Positions 20,578 through 34,200 of a stretch of DNA of 64,000 nucleotides are shown in pieces (the stretch's first letter is position 1; the number at the start of each line of letters is the position of its first letter). The notes under the pieces are model-generated. The model saw only the letters and a list, made by a program, of their open reading frames with translations, did no database searches and was not told the origin of the DNA. The translations under genes and the position numbers were made by a program. Origin of the DNA: Tagaea sp. GTDB taxonomy: Bacteria > Pseudomonadota > Alphaproteobacteria > CACIAM-22H2. The stretch lies in NCBI GenBank assembly GCA_965279525.1, contig CBDIIB010000005.1:1344001-1408000 (forward strand), given 5' to 3'.

Positions 20578-21648
20578 ATGGGCCGGGTCCTGACCTTCCT
20601 CACGCGCACGCGCCGGCCCGGCCGCTTCGACTGGACCGACGCGCTCGCCTACGCCTATCTGGCATTGGGCGTCGTGCTGATCCTTGCCCCGGTTGTGTGG
20701 CTGTTCGTCTCATCGCTGAAGACGCAGCGTGCGCTGGTCGAAAGCGATCCGCGCTTCCTGCCCTACGAACAGGTGATGGTGACGCTGCCCGGTTCGACAA
20801 GGCCCGTGGGTCTCGTCGAGTGGACGGCGCCGGACGGGACAAAGCGCATCGTGGCGCAGATCCGCCCGTCGGGCGCCGATCTCGTCGTCGCCGATCCCGA
20901 AAAGCCGGACGCCACCTTCACCGTGCCGCGGCGGGAGACGAAGACGCACGAGCAGGTCCGCGCGCGCACCGAGAACTACACCGAGCCCACGTTGCAGGGC
21001 GGGCGGATGGGCACGTTCTATTTCCCGCGCTATTTCGTCAATTCGGCCTTCGTCACGGCCGTCGCGACGCTGATCACGCTCGCGATCAGTTCGATGGCGG
21101 CGTTCGCGCTCTCCAAATACCGGTTCGCCGGGCGCGACACGTTCATGTTCCTGATCGTCGCCACGCTGCTGATGCCGGCGACGGTCATCCTGGTGCCGCT
21201 GTTCGTCGTGGTGATGAATTTCGGCATGCTCGATTCGTTGTGGGGCGTCATCATCCCGGGTGCCGCCACGCCGACCGGCGTGTTCCTGCTGCGCCAGTAC
21301 ATGCTGACGATCCCCGACGAGCTGATCGAGGCGGCGCGCATGGATTCGGCCTCGGAATGGAAGATCTACTACCGGATCATCCTGCCGTTGGCGCTGCCCG
21401 CACTCGCGGTGCTGGCGATCCTGTCGATCATCTGGCGCTGGAACGACTTCCTGTGGCCGCTCGTCGTGCTGACGCGCTCGGAGAGTTTCACGCTCCAGCT
21501 CGGCCTTTCCTCGTTCAAGGGCGAGATGAACGACGCCACGCACTACCTGCTGGCGATGACGGTGCTGACGCTGCTGCCCGTCACGTTCGTCTTCGCCTTC
21601 CTGCAGAAATACATCACGACCGGCATCGCAAACACGGGCATGAAATAG
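20578..21648 (+). CDS. Carbohydrate ABC transporter permease (MalG-like)
   Basis: FVNSAFVT, FALSKYRF, IPDELIEAARMD, WRWNDFLWPL, LQKYITTG. Confidence 0.93.
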   Translation: MGRVLTFLTRTRRPGRFDWTDALAYAYLALGVVLILAPVVWLFVSSLKTQRALVESDPRFLPYEQVMVTLPGSTRPVGLVEWTAPDGTKRIVAQIRPSGADLVVADPEKPDATFTVPRRETKTHEQVRARTENYTEPTLQGGRMGTFYFPRYFVNSAFVTAVATLITLAISSMAAFALSKYRFAGRDTFMFLIVATLLMPATVILVPLFVVVMNFGMLDSLWGVIIPGAATPTGVFLLRQYMLTIPDELIEAARMDSASEWKIYYRIILPLALPALAVLAILSIIWRWNDFLWPLVVLTRSESFTLQLGLSSFKGEMNDATHYLLAMTVLTLLPVTFVFAFLQKYITTGIANTGMK

Positions 21649-21652
21649 CGCC

Positions 21653-22755
<1,103 letters not shown>

Positions 22756-22759
<4 letters not shown>

Positions 22760-25104
22760 TCGAGTTCAAGCGCATCGCGTCGGCGCGTCTGGCCGGCAAC
22801 GCGGCCGAATTCGCGCTCGAGGACGGGTACACGCTGCGCGTGGCGATCCTTTCGGGCGATCTGGCGCGCGTCACGCTGCTGCCGGCATCTGGCTTTCCGG
22901 TCGACCGCACCTGGATGGTGGCGCCGGAGGGCGACACGCCGCGCGAGGGCCGGTCGCGGATCGGCGATGCCGGCTTCGCGTGCCCGACGGCCGCGCTTGA
23001 AAGCGCCGAAGGCGGGCATCGAGTGGCAAGCGGCGACATCCGCGTGCGCGTGCTGGCGGATCCGCTGCGGCTGGTCTTCGAGCGCCGCACCGCCGACGGA
23101 AAGTTCCAGACCGTGCTCGCCGACCGCGAGAGTGCCGCCTATGTGCGGGCCGACGAGGGGCGGCGTGTGCGCCACTACCAGGCGCGCGACACGGCCGAGC
23201 GCTATTACGGCCTTGGCGACAAGACCGGACCGCTCGACCGCGCCGGCAGGCGTTTCCGCTGCCTGCAGCTCGATGCATTGGGCTACGACGCCGAGCAGGG
23301 CGATCCGCTCTACAAGCACGTGCCATTCTTCGTCGTGCGCAATCCCGACGCCGGCGTCGCAGGGCTCTTCTACGACACGCTGGCACCCGTCACGGTGGAT
23401 CTGGGCTGCGAGCGGTCGAACTATCACGGCATCTACCGGCATGTGGAAGTCGAGGAACCTGCTCTCGATTATTACGTGCTGTTCGGCGGGCGCATTGCGG
23501 ACATCGTGGAAGGCTTCGCACGGTTGACCGGCATGCCCTATCTGCCGCCGCGCTGGAGCTTCGGCTTCGCCTTCACGACGATGCATCATGCCGATGCGCC
23601 GAATGCGCAGGCGGTGATCGGGGGCTTTGCCGACCGCTGCCGGGCCGAAGGCATCCCGATCAGCGCCGTCCATTTCGGCTCGGGCTATTCCAGTCGCGGC
23701 AAGCGGCGCTACGTGTTCACGTGGAACCGCGACAAGTTCCCCGATCCCAAGGCGCTGTTCGCCAAGCTCAGGGGCATGGAGCTGAAGACCGTCGCGAACC
23801 TGAAGCCCGTGCTGATCGACGACCATCCGGCCTATGCCGGGCTCGCGGCGGCGCAAGGCTTCCTCAGCGCGCCCGATGGCAAGCCTGTCGTCGAGCAGTT
23901 CTGGGACGGACACGGCAGCTTCCTCGATTTCACGAATGCCGCGACCACCGACTGGTGGCAGAAGAACTTCGCCGCCCAGGTGCTCGATGTCGGGTTCGAC
24001 GCCGGCTGGAACGACAACAACGAGTACGAGGCATGGCGCGATGGCTCGCGCTCGCACGGCTTCGGGCGCAGCCTGCCGGTTTCGGCCTCGCGTCCGCTGC
24101 ATGCGCTGCTGATGACCCGGGCGACCTTCGAGGAAACGAAGCGCCGCACGCCCGACAAGCGGCCCTTCACGATCACGCGCGCCGGCCCGCCGGGCATCCA
24201 GCGCTATGCCGAGACGTGGTCGGGCGACAACTACACGTCCTGGCATACGCTGAAGTGGAACATCCGAAACGGCCTGTCGATGGCGCTTTCGGGCATGGGC
24301 AAGGTCGGCCACGATATCGGCGGCTTCGCGGGGCCGCAGCCGGACCCCGAACTGCTGTGCCGCTGGGTCGAGATGATGGCGCTGCATCCGCGCGCCGTGA
24401 TGAATTCGTGGAAGCCTGCGGTCGGTGCCGCGACCGAGCCATGGACGCATCCCTCGGTGCTCGATGCGGTGCGTGCCGCTCTCGAACTGCGCTACAGGCT
24501 GCTGCCGGTGATGTACACGCAAGCCTGGCTTGCCCACACGCGCGGCACGCCGCCGATCGCGCCACTCTTCTATCACTATGACGGCGACCCGGACTGCTTT
24601 GCCGAGCACGATGCCTTTTTGATAGGTCCGGACCTGCTTGCCGCCCCGGTCGTGGCGCCGGGCGAGCGCATGCGACGTGTCTATCTTCCGGCCGGCCCCG
24701 AGGGCTGGGTCGATTTCCATACCGGCCGGCGCCATGCCGCCGGCGCGCACACGCAAGTCGAAGCGCCGCTCGGCCGGCCGCCGCTGTTCGTGCGCGTGGG
24801 TGCCGCTCTGCTACTCGCGGCGCGCGACATCCCGCGCGTGCGGCCGCACGATGCGCCCGCCCGCACGCTCTATGCCGTACCGGGCTCGACGGATGGCAGC
24901 GGTGCAAGCCCGCACTTCGAGGATGACGGCGAAGGCTGGAGCCTTGCAAACGGCGATCACTTCGCCGGCGACGTGCGGATCGACTGGAGCGCCAGGGAAC
25001 TCCGCGTTTCGGTCAAGCACCGGACGGGCAAGCGTGCCGTTCCGGCAACGGACTTCTCGGTCGAAGTGCCGACCGTGGATGGTCGGCGCATCGTTATAGC
25101 TTAA
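22756..25104 (+). CDS. Glycoside hydrolase family 31 (alpha-glucosidase-like), cytoplasmic
   Basis: YGLGDK, PLYKHVPF, nucleophile region GWNDNNEY, acid/base WSGDN, GHDIGGF, LRYRLLP. Confidence 0.92.
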
Positions 25105-25289
25105 TTACCTAGGCTAATTTACATCCAGCATACCATGCGCATCTCGCAAATCGCGAATCACTCAATAGTTTCCGATTGTTCGAGGGCGTTTCCCGGCTGA
25201 CCGCGGTTGACGGCCCCGCCGGCCCCGCTGAAAATGCATGAGGCCGCCGGGATCGTCCGTGGTGCGCTTCGCGTGCAGAAGGAGTCGTC

Positions 25290-26126
25290 ATGTCGGTGCG
25301 GCACAGCCTGGCGGTCCTGGCGCTCGCGGCCGCCTTTGCCGGCGCCGCACCCGGTGCCGTCGCCGCCCAGGATCTCCAGTTCGGCGTGCTGCCCAACGTC
25401 AGCGCGCGGGTCATCCTCACCAACTACCGGCCGTTCCGCGAATATCTTGCCGCGGCACTTGGCCAGCCGGTCGAGGTGACGACGGCGCCCGATTTCCGCG
25501 AATTCCATGCGCGAACGATGGCCGGCGCCTATGATCTCGTCGTGACGGCCTCCAATCTCGGCCGTCTCGCGCAGGTCGACGCGAAGCTCGAACTCATCGC
25601 CGGCTTCGATCCGCCGATCCCGGCACTGCTCGTCATGCGCAAGGCGGCACCGGTCACGGCGATCGAATCACTTCGCGGCAAGTCGCTGGCGGTCGCCAAT
25701 CCGCAGTCGCTGGTCGTCCTTCGCGGCAAGAACTGGCTCAAGGAGCAGGGGCTTGTCTTCGACGTCGACTACAAGACGACCTGGGCGCGCAACGAAGACA
25801 GTCTCGCGCAGGTCCTCGTGTCGGGCGAAGCGCCGCTGGCGATGATGAGCATGGGCGAGTTCCGCACGATCCGCGAGGAGATCCGCCAGACTCTCGATGT
25901 CCATCGCGAATTCGCGCGCGTGCCCAACTTCTTCGTGCTGCGCGGCAGGGAGATGCCGGCCGCGCGCGCGGCGGCCCTGCGCGACGCGATCGCCCGGTTT
26001 CCGTCGACCGATCTTGGCCGTGAGTTCCTGACACTGACGAACGTGCAGAACATCCGGCCGGTTCCGGGCGCGGATCTCGCGGTTCTCGATGGTGTCGTCG
26101 ACGAAACGCGAAATCTCTTGCGCTGA
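25290..26126 (+). CDS. PhnD-like (phosphate/phosphonate-type) periplasmic binding protein, orphan
   Basis: Signal peptide; LQFGVLP, YRPFREYLAAALG, LRGKSLA..NPQS PBP type 2 pattern; no permease or ATPase adjacent. Confidence 0.75.
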   Translation: MSVRHSLAVLALAAAFAGAAPGAVAAQDLQFGVLPNVSARVILTNYRPFREYLAAALGQPVEVTTAPDFREFHARTMAGAYDLVVTASNLGRLAQVDAKLELIAGFDPPIPALLVMRKAAPVTAIESLRGKSLAVANPQSLVVLRGKNWLKEQGLVFDVDYKTTWARNEDSLAQVLVSGEAPLAMMSMGEFRTIREEIRQTLDVHREFARVPNFFVLRGREMPAARAAALRDAIARFPSTDLGREFLTLTNVQNIRPVPGADLAVLDGVVDETRNLLR

Positions 26127-26152
26127 GGAAGGACGACCCCCGGGGTCCCCCG

Positions 26153-28099
26153 ATGTTCCAGCGCATTCCCTTCCGGTTCAAGCTTTTCGCCGCCGGTGCT
26201 CTGGCCCTGCTGGCCGTCACGGGCGTGCACACCTATATCCAGGCCGCCCTCGTCGAGGAGGCCCTGACGCGTCAGGTCGTGGAGCGCGCCGAGGCCGAAC
26301 GCCCGTTCTTCCGCGCTTCCATCGCCAGCCTGCTGGTCACGCGCGACTACGCGACGATCGCCGACGTGTTCCGCGAAAGTGCCGCGACCAACGGCCTCGC
26401 GCATCTGGCGCTCGTCGACGCGCGCGGCAATACGGTGGCGTGCGAGGGCTGGGATCCGGCATTGCACGGCCTTCCGGTCGAATCGGCCGACCCTGTCCGC
26501 GGCCCGGACGGCACGTTGCGCCTGCCCTTCGCGATCCCGATCGAATATGCCGGCCAGAATCTCGGCACGCTCTACTACGGCGTGTCGTGGGCGCCGATCG
26601 AGGCGGCGCACGCCGAGATCCTCCGGCGGGGCCTGATCATCGGCGCCGTCAGCCTCGTCGTGGCGCTGATGATGATGGAGTGGCTCCACGCGCTGATCAT
26701 GCGCCCGTTGACGCGCCTGCGCGAGGCGAGCGAGGCGATCCGCAAGGGCGAGTTCGATGTCGGCCTGCCGCCGACCGGCGGCAACGACATCGGACGGCTG
26801 ACCGAGAGCTTCCGCTTCATGGCGTCCGAGATCGCCACGCGCATCCGGGCCCTCGAGGCGAGCGAGGCAGCACAGCGCGATTTGCTCGAGGAAGCGCGGC
26901 TGCGCGAAATCCAGCTTGCCGAGGCGCGCGACAAGGCGGAAGAAGCCGCGCGCACCAAGGCCCGCTTCCTCGCGACGATGAGCCACGAGATCCGCACGCC
27001 GCTAAACGGCGTGCTGGGCCTGTCGAGCGTGCTGCTCGACCAGCGTTTCGATCCCGAGCAGCGCCGGCTCGTCCAGCTCATCCAGGATTCGGGCGAGCAG
27101 CTTCTCGGCATCGTCAACGACGTGCTCGACTATTCCAAGCTCGACGCCGACAAGCTGGTGCTCGAGCGCACGGAGTTCGCGCCCGCGCGCCTGACGCACG
27201 ACACGGTCGAAGGATTCAAGGGCAGGGCTGCGGCCAAGGGTCTCGAGTTCGGATGCGACGTGGCGCCAGGCGTGGCCGAACGCTTCGCCGGCGACGCGAT
27301 CCGCGTGCGCCAGATCCTCGATAACCTGGTCGCCAACGCGATCAAGTTCACGACGCACGGGCGTGTCGACGTTTCGCTGCGCATGCTCGACGATGCGCGC
27401 GCCTCGCTCGAGTGGCGCATCACCGATACCGGCATCGGGATCCCGCCCGAGCGGCGTGGCGAACTTTTCCAGGATTTCATGCAGGTCGATTCGACGACCG
27501 CGCGCCGCTTCGGCGGGACGGGGCTGGGCCTTGCGATCTGCCGCCGCCTGATCAAGCTGATGGACGGCGAGATCTCGGTCGAATCGCAGGTCGGCAAAGG
27601 ATCGGCATTCACGTTCCGCCTGCCGACGCGGTCGCTCGAACCGGCCGCTGCACCCGCGTCCTTGCCGGCCGTACGCGCGGTCCCGGCACCGGTGCGCCGC
27701 GGGTCGGGCCTGTACGTCCTTGCCGCCGAGGACAACGAGATCAACCGCTACGTGATCGAGAAGCTGCTCGAGGGAATGGGCCACGACGTCGTGTTCGCCG
27801 CCGACGGCGCCGAGGCCATCGAGCTCGCTGGACGGCTGCGCTTTGACGTGGTGCTGATGGACATCCAGATGCCGATGGTCGACGGCATCACGGCTGCCGG
27901 CCGCATCCGGGCGATGGAAGGTGCGGGCGCGCATGTGCCGATCATCGCGCTGACCGCGCATGCGATGGCGGGCGATCGGGAAAGCTACCTGAAGGCCGGC
28001 ATGGACGATTACGTCGCCAAGCCGATCGATCCCGATGCCCTGGCACGCGCGCTGGCCCGGGTGACCGGACGAGGACACGGTTTAAGATTGTTATCTTAG
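26153..28099 (+). CDS. Hybrid sensor histidine kinase (2TM-HAMP-HisKA-HATPase-REC)
   Basis: FLATMSHEIRTPLNG H-box, NLVANAIKFT, DTGIG, GGTGLGL; receiver AEDN, VVLMDIQMP, TA, KP. Confidence 0.95.
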   Translation: MFQRIPFRFKLFAAGALALLAVTGVHTYIQAALVEEALTRQVVERAEAERPFFRASIASLLVTRDYATIADVFRESAATNGLAHLALVDARGNTVACEGWDPALHGLPVESADPVRGPDGTLRLPFAIPIEYAGQNLGTLYYGVSWAPIEAAHAEILRRGLIIGAVSLVVALMMMEWLHALIMRPLTRLREASEAIRKGEFDVGLPPTGGNDIGRLTESFRFMASEIATRIRALEASEAAQRDLLEEARLREIQLAEARDKAEEAARTKARFLATMSHEIRTPLNGVLGLSSVLLDQRFDPEQRRLVQLIQDSGEQLLGIVNDVLDYSKLDADKLVLERTEFAPARLTHDTVEGFKGRAAAKGLEFGCDVAPGVAERFAGDAIRVRQILDNLVANAIKFTTHGRVDVSLRMLDDARASLEWRITDTGIGIPPERRGELFQDFMQVDSTTARRFGGTGLGLAICRRLIKLMDGEISVESQVGKGSAFTFRLPTRSLEPAAAPASLPAVRAVPAPVRRGSGLYVLAAEDNEINRYVIEKLLEGMGHDVVFAADGAEAIELAGRLRFDVVLMDIQMPMVDGITAAGRIRAMEGAGAHVPIIALTAHAMAGDRESYLKAGMDDYVAKPIDPDALARALARVTGRGHGLRLLS

Positions 28100-28289
28100 A
28101 TAATTTTGGACTTCAGGATATATGATATATTACCTATAATTTTCAGCGATGCCCGCCCATTTTTTATTGAAATTCGACGCATCTGAGTTTGGCAAAGAAT
28201 GCGTTAACGATTAGAATTTCTGCTCTTGGATGTTCGCAAGTTCCGTCGCCGGGACCCCCTCCGGCGGCGTCATGTAAGTCCGGCGGCCC

Positions 28290-31200
28290 ATGCCCGAGGC
28301 GACGACACCCCCTGACCGGCACACGACACGACGCGCGGCATCGCGTCGTTCGGCGCGCTGGGGTCGTCGACGCTTGCAGCGCGCCCATCTCGGATGGCCC
28401 CTTGCACTGGCACTCGGCAGTTCGCTCGCCGGTCCTGCGTTCGCGCAGAACCTGCCGCAGGGCGGCACCGTCACGGGCGGATCGGGCACGATCCAGCAGA
28501 TCGACGCGAACCTGCTGCAGATCCAGCAGAACACGCAGAACATGTCGATCGACTGGCAGAGCTTCAATGTCGGTCCGTCGGGCATCGTGCGCTTCCTGCA
28601 GCCCAGTTCGAGTTCCATCGCGCTCAACCGCGTCATCGGCAACGACCCTTCCGCGATCTACGGCCAGATCCAGGCGAACGGGCAGGTCATCCTGCTCAAT
28701 CCCAAAGGCATCTATTTCGGACCCAACAGCAGCGTCGACGTCAACGCGCTGGTCGCGACGACGGCGAACATCCGCAACGACGATTTCATGGCCGGGCGGC
28801 TGCACTTCGAGCAGGGCTCGGGCGATCCCGACGCGCGCGTGGTCAACGCGGGCCTCGTCTCGGTGGCGCAGGGCGGATTCGCGATTCTCGCGGCCGCCGG
28901 CGTGCAGAACACCGGCCGCATCGTCGCGAACGGCGGCACGGTCGTGCTCGCAGGCACGAAGACGTTCACGGTCGACTTCCACGGCGACGGGCTGCTGAGC
29001 TTCGCGGCGACCGGCACGGTCGAACAGGCGCCGTCGGGCGCATCGGCACTCGTCGACAATTCGGGCATCGTCGAGGCGGCGGGCGGGCGCGTGCTGATGA
29101 CCGCACGCGCCGCGCGCGACGTGCTGGCCAACGTCATCAACACGACCGGCATCGTCGTGGCGCACACGGCGCAGATGGTCAACGGCGAGATCGTCATCGA
29201 CGGCGGCGACAACGGCATCGTCAATGTCGGCGGCACGCTCGACGCGTCGGGCCGGGGTGCGGGCGAGACCGGCGGCACGGTCAAGGTGCTGGGCGAATCC
29301 GTGCGGCTTGCCGCGGGTGCCGCCATCGATGCGGCCGGCGATGCCGGCGGCGGCACGGTGCTGGTCGGCGGCAACTACCAGGGACAGGGGCCCGAGCGCA
29401 CCGCGCGGATCGCCTACATGGACGCGGCCGCGGTGATCGACGCGAGCGCGCTGACGTCGGGCAACGGCGGCAAGGTCATCCTGTGGGCCGACGACACGGC
29501 CAGCATGGCCGGCACGATCTCGGCGCGCGGCGGCGCGCTGTCGGGCAATGGCGGCTTCGTCGAGACATCCGGCAAGAACCGGATCTCCATCGCCGACACG
29601 ACGCGCGTCTACACGACGGGCGCCACCGGCAACGCCGGCAACTGGCTGATCGATCCGACCGACTTCACGATCGCCTTCTCCGGCGGCGACATGACCGGTG
29701 CGGCACTCATCATCAATCTGGGGCTCGGAAACGTCACGATCCAGTCGAATTCGGGCGGCAGCGGCACGAGCGGCACGATCTTCGTCAACGACGCGATCAT
29801 CAATACGGCACTCGGTGCGCGCACGCTGACCCTCGACGCGGTTGGCGGGATCGAGATCAACAGCGCGATCAGTTCGACCCTCAATCCGCTGAACCTCAAC
29901 CTGTGGGCCGGCAGCGACATCGTCATCGCCGCCAACATCTCGACGAATGGCGGCAATGTCACGACGAACGGCACGGGCGGTGCGGGTCAGGCGGGCGGCG
30001 TCTTCTCGAACAGCTACGCCCTCGATGTCGGGTCGGGCAACATCACGCTCAACCAGGCGTTCGGCATCTCGATGCCCGGCTCGATCCTGACATCGACGGG
30101 AACGGTCACGTTCAACTCGGACGGCAACGTGACGAACGCCGCCGGCGGCTACATCACCGGCCCCGCCAATCTCGTCGTCGCCGGCACCGGTAACGTCACG
30201 CTCAATTCGGCAAGCAACGCGATCTCGAACATCACGCTCAACCGGACGGGCACGGCCGGCAACATCTCGATCGTCAGTTCGATCTCGCCCAACATCCAGA
30301 CCTCCACGCTCGGCACCGGCACCTTCAGCATCACCGGCGTGGGCTTCGTGCAGTCGGGCACGATCACGCAGGATGGCGGCGGCGGTGCCGTCACGATCAA
30401 CGGCGGCACGGGCAGCGTCACGCTGGGCCAGGCCAACACGTTCACCGGTGCTCTCACCGTCACCAGCGACTTGATCTCGGCGACGGCCGCGCAGACTCTG
30501 TCTTCGGCGCTCACGCTGCAGCCGTACACGGCCAGCACGAACGTCATCTTCAACGGCTCCGGCGGCGGATTGCAGCTGACCGCGGCGACTCTCGGGAACT
30601 TCTCCGGCTACACGTCGCTGACGGCGGGATCGAGCACCGCCGGCACGCTCACCGTTTCAAGCGCCTTCGCGGCACCCGCCAACGTCGATGTGAACCTGCT
30701 GTCGGGCGGCGCCATGTCGGTCTCCGGCAACCTGACAACGTCGGGCACGGGCAGCATCGATCTGCGGTCGGCGGCGAACGTCGTCGTCTCGGGCGATCTT
30801 ACGACTGGCGGCGGCGACATCTACGTCACTGGCAATGTCGCGTCCTGGGCCGGGCCGTTCGACAGCAATACGCCGGTCTACGGCAGCACCGCGGGCGCGT
30901 TCAACGGCGTCAGCATCACTGGCGGCGTCACCCTCGACGCCGGCGGCGGCGACATCTCCATCGCCGGCAAAGGTGGCGACTCGGGAGCGAACCTGCATGG
31001 CGTGCTGCAGGCGGCCAGCTCGGTCATCGGGACGTCGGGTGCCGGCAAGATCACGATCGCCGGCCTGGGCGGCTCGCCGGCCGGCGGCAACAACCATATA
31101 GGCATCGAGATCGGCGGTTCTATCACCGCGGCCGGGACGGGCGGCATCAAGCTGACCGGAACCGGCGGTGCCGCGACCGGCGCCAGCAACCAGTCCCATG

Positions 31201-34200
31201 GCATCTACGTCCTCGCGACAGGTTTCGTGAGCGGCGGTGCTGCCGACGTGACGATGACCGGCGTCGGCGGCAGCATGGCCGGCTCGGGCAATACCAATTA
31301 CGGCATCCAGATGCTCGGCCAGGTGCAGACGACCACCGGCAACATCACGATGACCGGCACGGGCAGCGGCTCGTCGGGCGGCACCAATTTCGGCGTCGCG
31401 ATCTCCGGCGGCGCCGACGTACAGACCACCGGGACGGGCTCGATCACCCTCACCGGCTATGGCGGCAGTGCGGCTGGCGGTCTGGACCACGGCGTGGCGA
31501 TCTCGGGCACCGGCACCAATGTCGGCAAGACCGGAACGGGTGCCGGAACGGTCTCCATCACCGGCGTCGGCGGCATGGCCGGCGGCACGAACGCGGGCAT
31601 CTATCTCGACAACAACGCGTCGATCGCGTCGTATGACGGCGCGCTCACGCTCGACGGCTCGGGCGGCGGCGACGGCACGTCGACCACGAATCACGGCACG
31701 ATCATCGACACGGGCGCCACGCTCCTCTCGACGTCGGGTGCGATCACGGTCGTCGGCATCGGCGGCGGAAGCTCGGGCAACGGAAACCACGGCATCATCC
31801 TGTCGGCGGGCGGGGACATCGTCTCGGCCAACGGCAACATCTCGCTGGCGGCCAACGCGAGCGGGACCGGCAACAACGACGCGATCCACATCGACAATTC
31901 GTCGATCCGCTCGACCGCTGCCGCCAACATCACGCTGCGCGCCGCGACCTACGGCACGGCGGGAACAGGCATCCGGTTCGCGGGCGCGCTCGCCCAGCTC
32001 GGCGAAACGACGATGACCGGCGACCTGACGCTGCGCGCCGACGCGATGGCGACATCGGCGACGTCGCTCGTCTTCGCGCATACCGCGGCGTCGGGCACCG
32101 TCACGTTCCGCACGGAGAGCGACGCGACGACGATCGGCGTCAATGGCGGCTCCGGCACGCTGGCGATCGCCGGCGGGCTGCTGACCGCGGCAGATGGATC
32201 CAATTTCAACACGCTCAAGTTCGGGTCGGCGACGCAGAACAGCGCGATCCAGATCGACACCACGGCGTTCTCCCAGAACGTGGTCTTCCAGACGCTGGAT
32301 GCCGTCTATTCCAACGGCATGTCGTTCGGCACCAAGAACCTGACCATCGACGCGGGCGGTACCTATACGCAGGGCGGCGGCATCTCGACTTCCGGCCTCG
32401 TCACGTTCCAGGGCACGGGCGGCGTCACCGCGACGGATCCTGGCAACTCCTTCACGAACGTGCTGATCAACAAGACCGGTGCCGCCGCCGTCTCGATCAC
32501 GACGACCGGGGTGCTCGATCTTTCCACGAGTACCCTCGCGACCGGCGCGCTGAGCCTGACAGCCGCCGGCGTCACGCAGTCCGGCGCGCTGACGACGGCC
32601 GGTTCGATTTTCGTAAATGCCGGCGCCAATGCCATCGCGCTCGGTAACGCAAGCAACGCGATTTCCGGCAACGTACGCTTCTTCAATTCGGGCGCCAACG
32701 ACGTCACGTTCGCGAACGGCGTCGCGACGAGTTTCGGCGGCGGCACGACGACCGTCGGCGGCAATCTGAGCGTTACGACGACCGGCGCCATGACGCAGGC
32801 GAGCGCGCTTTCGGTCGCCGGCAATGCCACGTTCAATGCAGGCGGCAACGCGATCACGCTGAACAACGCGGCGAACGCGGTTACCGGCAATGCCGCGTTC
32901 ACCAACGCCGCCGACACCGTGACGTGGCGCGAAGCCGCCGCCGTGTCGCTGGCGGCGTCGAGCAGTGCGGCTCTCAGCGTGCAGGCGGGCGGTGCGATCA
33001 CGCAGGCCGGCGCCCTGACCGTCGCCGGCGCCGCCTCGTTCAATGCCGGCGCAAACGCGATCACGCTGACCGACGCGTCCAACGCGCTCTCGGGCTCGGT
33101 CACGCTGATCAACACCGGCGCCAACAACGTGCAGCTGACGAATGCGGGCGCCATCGGCCTGAACGGCTCGTCGGTCGGCGGCAACCTGACGCTGATCAAG
33201 ACAGGTGCGGGCGACATCACCCAGTCGACGCCGCTGACGGTCGGCGGCACGCTTTCGGCCGATGCCGGCAGCGGGCTCGTCACCCTCAACCAGGGTGCGA
33301 ACTCGATCACCGGTGCCGTCTCGCTTTCCAGCACGAATGTCGGGACGAGCACGATCCAGAACGGCGGGCCGCTCGTCCTCGGCACGGTGAACCTCACCGG
33401 CAATCTCGACGCGATCGGAAATTCCGGCGCCATCACGCAGAGCGGCGTGATCACGACCGGCGGAGACGCCACCTTCACCACGGGCGGCTATGCGATCACA
33501 CTCGCCAACGCGTCCAACGCGGTGGGCGGCAGCGTTTCGCTGAACAACACGGGCGCCAACGCCGTGTCGTGGCAGGAAGCGGGCGCCGTCTCGCTGGCCG
33601 CGTCGGGCGTCGGTGGCGACCTGACGGTAACGGCCGGCGGTGCCCTCACCCAGGCCGGTGCGCTGACCGTCGGTGGCAATGCGGTTTTCGCCGCTGGCGC
33701 CAATTCGATCACGCTGACGCATGCATCGAACGCGGTCGCCGGGGCGGTGGGCTTCAGCAACACCGGCGCCAACGCCGTTTCGTGGAACGAGGCGGCGGCG
33801 GTGGCGCTCGGCGTGTCGACGATCGGCGGGACCTACACCGTGACGGCGGGCGGTGCCATCACACAGACGGGCGACCAGACGGTGGCCGGCGCTTCGAGCT
33901 TCACGACCGGCGCCAACAACATCACGCTCGACAGTTTCGGGAACAATTTCACGGGCGCGGTCGACCTCTCCAACACCGGTGCGACCGCGACCACCGACCT
34001 GTGGGCCGGCTCCAGTCTGGTGCTCGGCACGATCAACGTCGCCGGCGGCGCCCTGACGCTGAAGAATTCCGGCGCCCCCAACATCACGCAGACGGGGTCC
34101 ATCACGCAGGCCGCCGGCGGCGGCGCCGTGATGATCCAGGCCATCACCGGCGATACGGCGCTGAGCCAGGCCAACAGCTTCTCGGGCGACGTGACGGTCG

